64,000 nt of DNA, taken from assembly GCA_000002435.2 (NCBI GenBank), contig CM018790.1; one strand, 5' to 3'. This DNA comes from Giardia intestinalis. Taxonomy: Eukaryota. Positions 9,964 through 19,534 of the stretch are shown one piece after another. Below the pieces are notes generated by a model. It did no database searches. It worked only from the letters and a program-made list of their open reading frames with translations, and was not told the origin of the DNA. The position numbers and the translations under genes are program-made. The first letter of the stretch is position 1. Each line of letters begins with the position of its first letter.

Positions 9964-10841
9964 ATGCACGCTGCTTCGTCTGGATCTGCAACAATAGCTT
10001 TCAGTGCCCCGCAGTTCACCCCCAAGGAGCTCCACGAGGGGCTGGATGACGTGCTGGCCAAAGACCCCACAAGCACAATCTACTCTCTCGAAGCTATCTG
10101 GGCCTCGCTGTAAAGGTCATTCCACTAGGTTACCTGGACAAGAACAGTGCAGACGCCATCAGGACAAGGTTGACCACCCTCCCCGACCTCTCCCATCCGG
10201 GGGTCCTCAGGTACCACCAGGTGATTGAAGACGAGGGCCTCATCTACGTCGTCACGGACTGCCAAGACAAGACCCTCGAGCGCCCCCTCGCCGAGCACAA
10301 ACGAAGGAAGATCCCCGTCCCTATCACTATGATCCTCTCTGTCATGAAACAGATCGCCGCCGCCCTCGCCTACCTCCACAGCGTCAATGGGGCAAACACG
10401 AGAGGCCTCGTCCACTGCGACCTCAGGCCTGCCAGCATTCTTATCAACGCAGACGGAGAGCGCTTCATCATCGCCGACTTCGGCCTCTGTAAGGACGCCC
10501 TGTGGAGTGGGAACATTCTCATAGGAATAATGGCATACGTTGCCCCCGAGGTGCTCCTCCACAACGAGCCCAGCCCCGCCTCCGACGTGTGGAGCCTCGG
10601 GGTCATCCTCTACGAGCTTACTACTCTGAGGAGACTGGACTTCCTGAAAGGCAAGGAGCCGGCAGAGGTCTTCGTCGATGGGTGGAGGCCGGACCTGAGC
10701 GGTGTCACTGATGGCTTCATGCAGAATGTTCTGGAGAGGATCTTTGTACTAGAGCCAGAGAGGAGACCGACAGCCAGGGAGCTGCACGAGACGCTCACCA
10801 CATTCGACATCCCAGTTGGTGAGCTGGGGGTCAGTGCGTGA
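9964..10841 (+). CDS. NEK-like protein kinase with degenerate motifs and an apparent -1 frameshift near 10050..10112 (possible pseudogene or sequence error)
   Basis: ATG at 9964 in the context aaaataataaaaccaggATG opens 49 codons (MHAASSG...IYSLEAIWASL*) in frame 1. The kinase body is in frame 0 from 10050 and includes the track ORF 10170..10841, which starts at TTG. Motifs seen: LAVKVI (beta3 Lys), HCDLRPASIL (catalytic loop with K>R and N>S), ADFGLC (DFG), VAPEV, DVWSLGVILYEL. Confidence 0.55.
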
Positions 10842-11165
10842 TGCTGAGGTACAAGTGCGGATCCTTGAAGATTGCTTTGAATGGCGCTAACGCCAGGATC
10901 GCGCTTCTGGAAGAGGATGTTAAGATTAAATCCACTAGATCGACGCACTTGAAGACCAAAGTAAGGAGCATCTGGCCATGATTAAGGCACTGGAGAATAG
11001 GCTTGCACAGCTCAACATCAGAATAGCTACGACTGAGTCTCTGACCAGCCTCTTTTTGCTGCCCAGGCTGATGCGTGCCGCGCATACGAATAGCACGGAA
11101 ACCGTCTGGATGCTGCTTGAAGAAAGACTCGGCATCGACTAGTGCGACGAGCAGGGGCACGTTGA

Positions 11166-12118
11166 TCCCGTCGAGTTGCTTGTTGGGGAGGAGAGGGGCC
11201 TCCAGGACAAGAATGGCTGGACTACCTGATGATCGCCACAGAGGAGGGCCACACAGAAGCTGCCTCCCTTCTGGTCCCATATGAGAAGGACCTAATCGAT
11301 GGCGAAGGCAAGACGGCCTTGGTGATTGCGGCAGAAGCAGAACATGGAACTGTGGTGGAGGCCATCGACCCAACCGATGAGAACGGCGTCACGGCGCTCA
11401 TGCGGGCTGTTAATAGAAACGACGTGGAGGCTGTAAAAGCACTCTTACCCATCCAGAGGGGGAGGAAAACATACAAAGAGGTCATAGCAAGCAGATGGTA
11501 CATGCGCAAAGGAATAGCTCTGATGATGGCTGCGGCAAGTGGACACGCAGAACTGGTAGAACTGCTAGCAGAGCACGAAAACGGAGAGAAAGTAGGCGGT
11601 TGGACCGCTCCCGTATTCGCGGCACGGTGCAATCGTTCCAATGACCCCCTGGTGGACTATCCCAGGCGCGTTGAGCTTTTGATGGAGTATGAGAGCAATA
11701 TCTCAGAGTAGACGGAGCTCATGTATGCAGCAGCACGAGGGCACGAAGGGAGTGTAGAGCTGCTCAAGCAAGAAACTTGTATGAAGAATAACGAGCATCA
11801 GACTGCCCTCACGTGGACGGTGTGCAATGATCATCCAGAGTGCGTCAGGATCCTACTGAAGGACGAAGGCGGCATGCAAGCGACCAAGGGGGGACCGCCC
11901 TTATGAACGCAGCGTATAGCAACACCGTGGAGTGTGCAAGACTTCTTAAGGAAAACGAGAAAGATCTGAAGACAACCTGCAGCTGCCATGGTTACTCGCC
12001 CGGTACCACTGCCCTCAGTATCGCTAAGAAGAAGGATCACAAAGAGATAGTAGACATCCTCCCAAACGAGATCTACTCTGCTTCATCAAGGTCGGCTTGC
12101 CAGCTCCTGTCCGAGTAA
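11166..12118 (+). pseudogene. Ankyrin-repeat (21.1-like) gene disrupted by an in-frame TAG and a +1 frameshift; further degenerate ankyrin-like frames extend upstream to ~10950
   Basis: ORF pieces 11229..11711 (TALMRAVNRNDVEAVKALL...; IALMMAAASGHAELVELL) and 11721..11906 are in the same frame and are separated only by TAG at 11709..11711 (...NISE*TELMYAAARGHEGSVELL). A +1 shift occurs at the G6 run 11888..11893, continuing into ORF 11840..12118 (GGTALMNAAYSNTVECARLL...). An additional stop- and shift-interrupted ankyrin-like frame lies at 11075..11165. Confidence 0.55.
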
Positions 12119-12960
12119 ACCCGTCCAGAGTCCGAAGCTCGGATGCCGCCCACTCTGGAGAAGAGCCTTGTGCATCCCGCCTGGGAGCCGTTGGGTGCTC
12201 CACTATGCGCTCCGGGGCGTCCCTTCCTCTGGCTGGCTTGGGTCAACCATCGTCTGGCATCTAGTGAGCACCTGCTGTCCCGGGCCTTGCGTCGGTCACA
12301 GCGATCTAGTCTCGAGAGCAATTGACTCTGGCCATGTACTCCGGAGTAGCTTTGTGGTGCTGATGCTCTACGACGGAGATTGCACGCCACGACCCCGGGT
12401 GCCTACCCCGTTCCTCGGGTGCCTCCTTGTCTCCTCGTGGATTGTGCCGTCGGTCCCGAGCATGATCAGAGGGTGCGCTCCCCGTACGCCTCTATCTTTG
12501 AGTCATAGTACGCGTTCGTGGATGCCGGCGGAGTACTCCCATGCGTTGTGTCGGGGAAGAGGCCCATCTCTCTGCTCACGGACCGCAGAAGTGCTCCGTC
12601 ACCCAGCACGAGACCGTGTCGACGCTCACCCTGTGCAGTGCGTCTGGCTCAGTGACGTGTGGGCTGGTCCATCCTCACACCGCACACTTGGGGGTGATGC
12701 TTCGGTCTGTCGAGGCGTCGTCCAAAGCATCACGAGCGATCAAGACCGGTTCACCGAGGCCGTCTCTCTACAACCAGCACCCGTCTATTCGAGGGTGTCA
12801 GGTACTGCCAGCTGCTGTGGCAGACACCCGGCAGGTGGTCCAAGTCACCACTCTCCGGTGCGGGCAGGATCAGTCCGCCTCTGTCAGCCAAGCACTCCAG
12901 GGGCCCCATCTCTTGTCGAGGAATTCATATGGGTCACGTGTGGGTCCATCTTGACAAGCG
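12082..12960 (+). repeat. Dispersed GC-rich repeat R, copy 1 (paralog of 23530..24290); apparently non-coding
   Basis: Direct alignment with copy 2 starts at cttcatc[a/g]aggtcggcttgccagctcctgtccgagtaaa. It is about 90-95% identical over ~700 bp, with a 213-bp 100%-identical core at 12316..12528. Only low-complexity P/S/R-rich ORFs are present (12168..12974). The right boundary is approximate. Confidence 0.7.
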
Positions 12961-13333
12961 GGGCGAGTGATTAGTGCCATCACTAGCTTCGGTCCTCCGT
13001 TGCCCCCTCTATCGCCTCGGGGGAGGAGGCATAAATCTTCCTCGTCAGAAGTAGACGGCATCCGACCTTCGGATTTCGGATTCTGGGTCTCAGCTGATGA
13101 ACAAGCGAGAGACTGCCAGCCTAGTGTGGCAGTGGATTGCACGAGGGGATTTACTCAGGGCTCATTTGAGACTATAGACTAAACAAAAGGCAGTACAGTT
13201 TCTTGAAGAAAACTATGGTTATAGGCCAAAAGGCAGACAGGCCAAGGCTACATTATATTAACATCTTGGGTCAGTACTGGGGGTTCTAGGATCCTAGAGG
13301 ATTAGAGGTCAGAATAAATACTTTAAAAAACAC

Positions 13334-16300
13334 ATGTCCAATACTAGTGCTGTTCTTTCTCAAATGTCCCCTCCTACTGGAGTATCTACGGCAGCACAAT
13401 TTTCCCTTGAGGGTCAGGAGTATCTGGCGGTGGTGCGTGTATCTGTGCTGCACATTTATAAGGTAAAAGATGATAGAATACAGTTCATTATCTCACAAAG
13501 CTTCGCAGAACGAATTTTGCAAGTGTTTCCCCGTATCTTCATTGACGAGCTTTCAGGAATGGAGAAACTCCAGCTTTTACTCTGCTTTGATTCCCACAAA
13601 GCTGTCCTGTACGCCCTAACTGGCCTTCGTCTGTCTCAGCTTATGATCTACGACTTTACTGTTACTGCAGAAGAAGCATTAGCCCATGAGCAGGCGTCTT
13701 ATGCGCTGTATGATAACTCTATTCTAGTCTGTATCTGTGGCACAATTCGTACTTATATTGGACTTGCCCAGCTTGATACAGGCTCCATCATCCTAATACC
13801 TTTCGTTGGTGAGAAGATTATTGATGTGCAGTGCCTTTCTCGCTCTTCTACTAACGGCCCTCAGCTGGGTATTCTAACTAGCTTTCCTGTCCCTGCACAA
13901 AGGTGGGCGCGTAACGCTCGTGGAGCGCATCTTCACGTCTATACCATAGAGTATAACGGTGCCGGATTGTCTTCTGAAAAGTCATCTCAGAGAGATGCGT
14001 TTACGCTGGCCCTGCAGCATAAGGTCTCCAACCTTCCCTCAGATAGCTATAGCCTTACGGCTCTTGAGGATCCGCTTAATCTATTTTTAGTCCATTCCAC
14101 ACGAGTTTTCGTATTAGTTAATCCAACTGAAAGGACTTTTCAACCGCTACACTTTCGTTTCTCCTTCCTTCCAGAGGAACAGACGTGCAGTAGTGCATAT
14201 ATAAAAAGCGCCATATCACAGTGTGCATCATTGTCAGGGTCTCATCTTTCTCCGTTTGCTGAGAAGTTTACTGCTTCTTCAGATTTGAAGCTTGTGAGCA
14301 ACAAGCTATTATCTCTACATAACGGCATACTTACAACAGAGAAAACACAATTTAATTCTGTTCACCGGGCTACTCTACCCATTGCACCCACACTCATGCC
14401 TGCTCACCCTATCAAAGGAGGTCTGGAGTACCCTTATTACGGATTCAGCATAGACCGACCAGATGAGCCTGTTTGTTTATCACAAATTAGCAACGTTTTG
14501 GGTGGGTTTCCTGCGTTAGATCTACACTTATATATGGAAGCATGCGGTTCTACGCATATCGATAATCTACTCCGATTTGAAAATCGAACTAGAAGTAGCA
14601 TTACTCCAGGAGAGTACATCAACATGTCAGCGTTCGGCAAGTATCCGTCGAATTTGGAGTACCTTGGCCCTCGGTCAGATGTGTTTAATTACCTACAGAT
14701 TCCCCCGTTAAATGGTACGCGTGTGTGTTATTTGAAAAGCTCTACTACCATGTTGAAAGGTTGGCACAACATCTTAGTGATGGATAGCAGGGGTTTATCA
14801 TTTATTATGCGATTTCATAGCGATAACGGGGCGATTACTAAGCAGAGCTTGGAGTTGTATCCTGTTTGTCTTTGTGATCGCAACGCAGCGATAACGACAG
14901 GTTCTCCTGCGATGCTGTTTCCGCCTTCCGTGATCTTGGCTCTTTCAGCAGCCTCTACAAAGAATACTCCACTGGGATACGAACTGGAACGCAGATATCG
15001 CGCAGTAGCGGAACTCCCAGCTGACGTTAGGCCTAGAGAAGATAAGGTACAATGCGACGTCCAACATCCATATCATGATCTTTTTTCTGTACGGGTATTC
15101 GTTGGCTCTCTTGTTGAGGACTCTCTCTTGTGTATGATAACGATGTCAACTGCAACACCAAAGCAAGGATACTACTATGATTACAGGCCGTGCCCTCTAC
15201 CAGGTGAGACGAACCATGCAAATATAACTAAGCTTGCACAAGCCTTGTATGCCTCGTCCTCCATAACTGAGAGCACCGCGCCGCATTTATCTTCTCTTTC
15301 ATCTCCGTTAGTTACTTCCGAGTCCAGTGCGGAGACAAGAAAAATCCAGATCTTTGGTCAGAGCTTCAATGTAGAAAACTATCATAGAATTAGGATCTTT
15401 GCTAATGCAAAACTGCTCAAGCCTTTTTCGGGAAGCATACTCCGTCTTATCGAGCGTCAAACTACTCATCTTCCAACATATGACACTGTGATGCACGGGC
15501 TTGTCTTTCCATACGCAATTCTCCCCTCCATGTCTTCTGTTAAGGATGCTTCCGCCAAGCCCGTCGGTTTGGGTGAGCAGAAGGATGCAAATGCTCGACC
15601 TCGCCTTCATCTGCTTCACGAGGCCGGTGCTATTTCCATGGTTAGCTCTTACGCGACATCTACGACTTCTTCGCAGTTTAAGTATGCTCAGAAGATGAAC
15701 AGACTAGACGACAGAGCAACATCTCTCTCAGATAGCTACGTCTGCGCTTTTTACCATATGAATCCAGATGCAAACAACCATCGCTCATTGAGATCTATGT
15801 TTTCTGGGGCTACGTCTTTCAATATTCTCGTCACATCGCGGGATGGAACAAACGTAATGTCCATTACCAAAGACACCGATCTTTTCAGCTCTACGTCGAC
15901 GAAGAAAGAACTGTCAATACACCCAGTGAGCACGCCAGCAGTACTTCATCAACCAACCATTCTAGCATTTACCCTCGCATGCGGCGTTTCTGTTCAAGTG
16001 TGCCCTCTAGAAATGGTGCTCTTTGCATACGATGGCCTGGAGAAAGTCTCGGTATCAATTGGCGAGCTAGCGTCGTCTTGTAAACCGCAGATGCTTCAGG
16101 ATTGCTCCGAACATTTGGCGATCTTACATGCCGAAAGCGACTATGTGAGATTTCTGTTTTTGACTACTTCTACTGCAATCTTCTGTGTACCCTTGCCTAC
16201 TTCTAAGGCAGATCTTGTGGGATATCGTACGCCTGTTAGCGAAACTGCGTTGTGCATTTATACCATGACCTCAATAGAGAACTTTTGCTCATCGGCCTTC

Positions 16301-19300
16301 TTGTCTGCAAAGAACTCTGAACCATTATTGGCATACTTGTCTTTGTCAAGAGTAGAGGTACTTGCTGCAGACTATCTCAGCTCTGAGGAAGCATCACGTG
16401 TTTCGAAGGATGTGTTTATGAAGAGAATTCACACCTTAGTTTCGACGATTAATGACGACCATACATCATTAGGTTGCTTATTTGCTGTGACTTCTAACGC
16501 AAGGATAATCTTTATTCTCCTACTAGAACACAAAACAACACAATCCCTCCTATATTTACCTCTCTGGGTTTGGCAGGTATATGAGCAGAACCTTCTCGAA
16601 AAGGATCACAAGAGCAAGATCTCTTTCCGCACTAACACACACATTCTCTCACTACTGCCGTACATATGCACTTATGGGGTTTTCGAATGCTGTACGTCAG
16701 CGGAATCAACAAAAGATATAACTGGAAACATACTGATGGGGCGCCAGGTTAGTCCTCAACCTTGTCAATCGTCAGACATGCTTCTCCCATACAACACAGC
16801 GTACATGACTGCTCTTTTCGAGACACAGCGAGACACTATAGCCTCTGAAATGACTCCAGATAGATCTCTCGCTAAGCATACAAACCACTTGAGCACTGAG
16901 ATTAACACTAGGCGCATTTCTAGCATTTATGTGTCATCAACACCCATCATTTCTCAAGTCTGTACCCCTGTCCCTTCACAATTTGATTCTACAGAGGAGA
17001 ACATGAAGAGTACTGAAATAAGCACAAACATTACGCTATTCATTGCGTACTTTGGTGGGCATACGTCTGTACATCGGATTGGGCCACAATTAGATGCCCA
17101 GCATAAATTGTGTGCTACGCTGGGAGACAGTATAGCTCTTACCACTCAACCGATATCAACCAAATCCGTGGCGACAAGATCCATTGATTCCTCTTGCAGC
17201 TATGAGTACTCAGACTTGTGGTCAGACGTTGTCTCCCTTTCTTTTCCTACTAAAGAAAAGGTAGTCACAAAGTCCGTGGCCCTTAGAATTGGTCGTCCGT
17301 TTCGGCCGATCTACCTTGTTGATGCTGGGCCTCAGCAAGAAAGCCTCTCCTTGCCATTAATATTCATTGGCACACCACGCCCCACAACGGGTGCGACACC
17401 TGTGTCTTGTATTGCAGTCCCCAATCTGTTCGGGTCATATAGCTTGCACATCCTGGGTCGTACACAGTCTTATCTTCTTTTGAACAAACGGTATTCAATA
17501 CCCATCCAACATCCAGTGAGGCAGATGCTTCCTATTTGCTACATTCCTGGTTGTTCTTTCCCAGCGTGTCTAAATCTCATTGATTCAAGTCTCCCCATAT
17601 CAATGATGACACAGGGAACATCTCCACATGTCATGAGCAACTTTACAAACATCCCACACGTCTATCTACACAGAAATGGAATAGAGCTAGGCAGCATAGA
17701 AAACATTTACTTTGGAACGCACTTGCTTTACAAGGATGTTTGTGAGAAAGAGTACAAGGACACGGCCAAGGGCTGCTGCTTCCTGAATCGCCGCCTGACG
17801 CACTCAAGAAAAAATATAATCTACAATCTGCTTTACTTAGCATCTTTTGGAAATAATACACAAATGCCCGTACGCACCATACTGAATCTTCCACCAAGCC
17901 TGAAGGGAAGTAAGATGTGTTACAACGTGGAGAGCGATGCATTTGCAGTGGTGTCACACATCGAGCGCTATGAGGTCCGAAATCCCCGATCGATCGCTAA
18001 GGATGAAGTTGCTGGGATAAAGGTTTCAGAAGAGATCAAGGCGCTAAGGGACTACCATCGCATAGGTGACATGACAGAGGAGGATGCCCTCCTGAGTGCA
18101 CAAAAGGATGGAGATCAGGCGCAGCTCGAAGCCTATACGCGCTTCAAAGAGGAAGGACTCGTAAGAGCAAAAGAGATCATGCTCGCCAGTCCGCCAACTT
18201 ATAACTCCTTCATGAAAGTCAAGTTCGAAGCCCTTCTACTTATTGTTAACGATCCATCAATGAGCAAGTATCGTGTATGCGACTATTACTTGTATGATTT
18301 AAAACGATACGAGACGTCTACAACACTTGTGTCTGACACAATAGATTCCCAGTTCCCTCGCCGCTTTGGTAGTGCCTGGAGGCACGAGGGTGGAATATCC
18401 CGTGATGACTTCGGCTGCATAAACAGGCGTAACTACCATAACTCACAAACTAGTGAGCAAACCAGTTCCAAGCCTCGTGAAATCCTTAGGTCAGGAACAA
18501 AAGAGCTTATTCTGCTGGGCACTGGATACCTACTTGGGCCAGATGAAAAGTGCTATGGAACATGCAAGATATTAGCGCTTGAAAAGACTGACAAAAACGA
18601 TGACATCAAGGCTAACAAGTGGAATTTGGGGGCATGGTCGTCTTTCTTTGCATTCAGGCTAATTACACAAGAGGAATTCCAAAATGTAATAACAACTGTG
18701 CGCTCATTCCCTGCAGCGCGAGTTATTCTTATCGGAGAAAACAAGCGCATATGCGCATATCATTTAGAGGATAGCTGCCGTCTCACCTGCTGCAGCGTTT
18801 TTGAGCGTTGCGGTTACATATCAAATATCTCACGGTTTAACGAGTTTATTTCTGTCTCTGATCTTATGTTGCGCAACGGTCTGTACGTGTTTAGAAGCCG
18901 CGGAAGCAGAAACAATCCTATCAGCTACTCATCCAACGATCTTCCTATATATGCGAGTGACTTCTTGGTCTCCGGGGTGACCAAGGAGATGAATGTTATT
19001 GGAGTTAGTTTGCATCGGATAGTCTGTCTCTTATCATATCCGTACACAAAAACCAGCCAGAGGCTTGTTTCTCAGTTAGCAGTGCAAAGCAGCTGTAAGA
19101 TACCATGGACTTGTGTGTCGATCCTCCAAGCTGCGGGATGGATCAACGCCCCTGAGGTAGAGAGTAATGACAGGCCGACTAAGAGCAGTCAACTGACTAG
19201 TAATGCCAACTGTATTCTTGCGTGTGCCGAGGGCGCCGTTTTGGTGGCAGTACCTGTGCCAGCAGAAGTAGATCAGTTCATAGAGATGATGGGGTGCTTT

Positions 19301-19507
19301 AATCTATTTGATATAGGTCCACACTGCATTGCAAGAAAAAGAAGAAGTTTTGATAGGAGGCTTGTATATGATTCTGCCAGGCTAATTATATTACAAACGC
19401 TTGACAATACTTCCAGAGATTACTCTGGCCTCGGCCCGAAAGCGGCCAACATAAGGGGCTTTAATAACCTGATTTGGAGACTCATGAGCGATGCTGTATG
19501 CTTGTGA
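13334..19507 (+). CDS. Large hypothetical protein (2057 aa)
   Basis: Uninterrupted 6.2-kb ORF with ATG in an A-rich initiator context (ctttaaaaaacacATG). No domain recognised with confidence. Convergent with the next gene, with 27 bp between stops. Confidence 0.75.
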   Translation: MSNTSAVLSQMSPPTGVSTAAQFSLEGQEYLAVVRVSVLHIYKVKDDRIQFIISQSFAERILQVFPRIFIDELSGMEKLQLLLCFDSHKAVLYALTGLRLSQLMIYDFTVTAEEALAHEQASYALYDNSILVCICGTIRTYIGLAQLDTGSIILIPFVGEKIIDVQCLSRSSTNGPQLGILTSFPVPAQRWARNARGAHLHVYTIEYNGAGLSSEKSSQRDAFTLALQHKVSNLPSDSYSLTALEDPLNLFLVHSTRVFVLVNPTERTFQPLHFRFSFLPEEQTCSSAYIKSAISQCASLSGSHLSPFAEKFTASSDLKLVSNKLLSLHNGILTTEKTQFNSVHRATLPIAPTLMPAHPIKGGLEYPYYGFSIDRPDEPVCLSQISNVLGGFPALDLHLYMEACGSTHIDNLLRFENRTRSSITPGEYINMSAFGKYPSNLEYLGPRSDVFNYLQIPPLNGTRVCYLKSSTTMLKGWHNILVMDSRGLSFIMRFHSDNGAITKQSLELYPVCLCDRNAAITTGSPAMLFPPSVILALSAASTKNTPLGYELERRYRAVAELPADVRPREDKVQCDVQHPYHDLFSVRVFVGSLVEDSLLCMITMSTATPKQGYYYDYRPCPLPGETNHANITKLAQALYASSSITESTAPHLSSLSSPLVTSESSAETRKIQIFGQSFNVENYHRIRIFANAKLLKPFSGSILRLIERQTTHLPTYDTVMHGLVFPYAILPSMSSVKDASAKPVGLGEQKDANARPRLHLLHEAGAISMVSSYATSTTSSQFKYAQKMNRLDDRATSLSDSYVCAFYHMNPDANNHRSLRSMFSGATSFNILVTSRDGTNVMSITKDTDLFSSTSTKKELSIHPVSTPAVLHQPTILAFTLACGVSVQVCPLEMVLFAYDGLEKVSVSIGELASSCKPQMLQDCSEHLAILHAESDYVRFLFLTTSTAIFCVPLPTSKADLVGYRTPVSETALCIYTMTSIENFCSSAFLSAKNSEPLLAYLSLSRVEVLAADYLSSEEASRVSKDVFMKRIHTLVSTINDDHTSLGCLFAVTSNARIIFILLLEHKTTQSLLYLPLWVWQVYEQNLLEKDHKSKISFRTNTHILSLLPYICTYGVFECCTSAESTKDITGNILMGRQVSPQPCQSSDMLLPYNTAYMTALFETQRDTIASEMTPDRSLAKHTNHLSTEINTRRISSIYVSSTPIISQVCTPVPSQFDSTEENMKSTEISTNITLFIAYFGGHTSVHRIGPQLDAQHKLCATLGDSIALTTQPISTKSVATRSIDSSCSYEYSDLWSDVVSLSFPTKEKVVTKSVALRIGRPFRPIYLVDAGPQQESLSLPLIFIGTPRPTTGATPVSCIAVPNLFGSYSLHILGRTQSYLLLNKRYSIPIQHPVRQMLPICYIPGCSFPACLNLIDSSLPISMMTQGTSPHVMSNFTNIPHVYLHRNGIELGSIENIYFGTHLLYKDVCEKEYKDTAKGCCFLNRRLTHSRKNIIYNLLYLASFGNNTQMPVRTILNLPPSLKGSKMCYNVESDAFAVVSHIERYEVRNPRSIAKDEVAGIKVSEEIKALRDYHRIGDMTEEDALLSAQKDGDQAQLEAYTRFKEEGLVRAKEIMLASPPTYNSFMKVKFEALLLIVNDPSMSKYRVCDYYLYDLKRYETSTTLVSDTIDSQFPRRFGSAWRHEGGISRDDFGCINRRNYHNSQTSEQTSSKPREILRSGTKELILLGTGYLLGPDEKCYGTCKILALEKTDKNDDIKANKWNLGAWSSFFAFRLITQEEFQNVITTVRSFPAARVILIGENKRICAYHLEDSCRLTCCSVFERCGYISNISRFNEFISVSDLMLRNGLYVFRSRGSRNNPISYSSNDLPIYASDFLVSGVTKEMNVIGVSLHRIVCLLSYPYTKTSQRLVSQLAVQSSCKIPWTCVSILQAAGWINAPEVESNDRPTKSSQLTSNANCILACAEGAVLVAVPVPAEVDQFIEMMGCFNLFDIGPHCIARKRRSFDRRLVYDSARLIILQTLDNTSRDYSGLGPKAANIRGFNNLIWRLMSDAVCL

Positions 19508-19534
19508 GGGTATTTAAGTGAACATACTGTGTTT

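Noticed and set aside
10831-11641. Minus-strand ORFs 10831..11373 (180 aa) and 11222..11641 (139 aa)
   Set aside because: Antisense to the kinase 3' end and to the ankyrin pseudogene. No start context and low-complexity translations.
12082-12960. Hypothesis that repeat R is an rDNA fragment
   Set aside because: Giardia rRNA is about 75% GC with characteristic motifs, which I recalled and found absent here. R is about 58-60% GC and shows no rRNA-like conserved stretches.
12168-12974. 268-aa and 137-aa ORFs inside repeat R copy 1 (and the 249-aa ORF 23533..24282 in copy 2)
   Set aside because: They have P/S/R/C-rich low-complexity translations. The frames differ between copies because of indels, and there is no ATG context or homology. 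Treated as non-coding repeat sequence.
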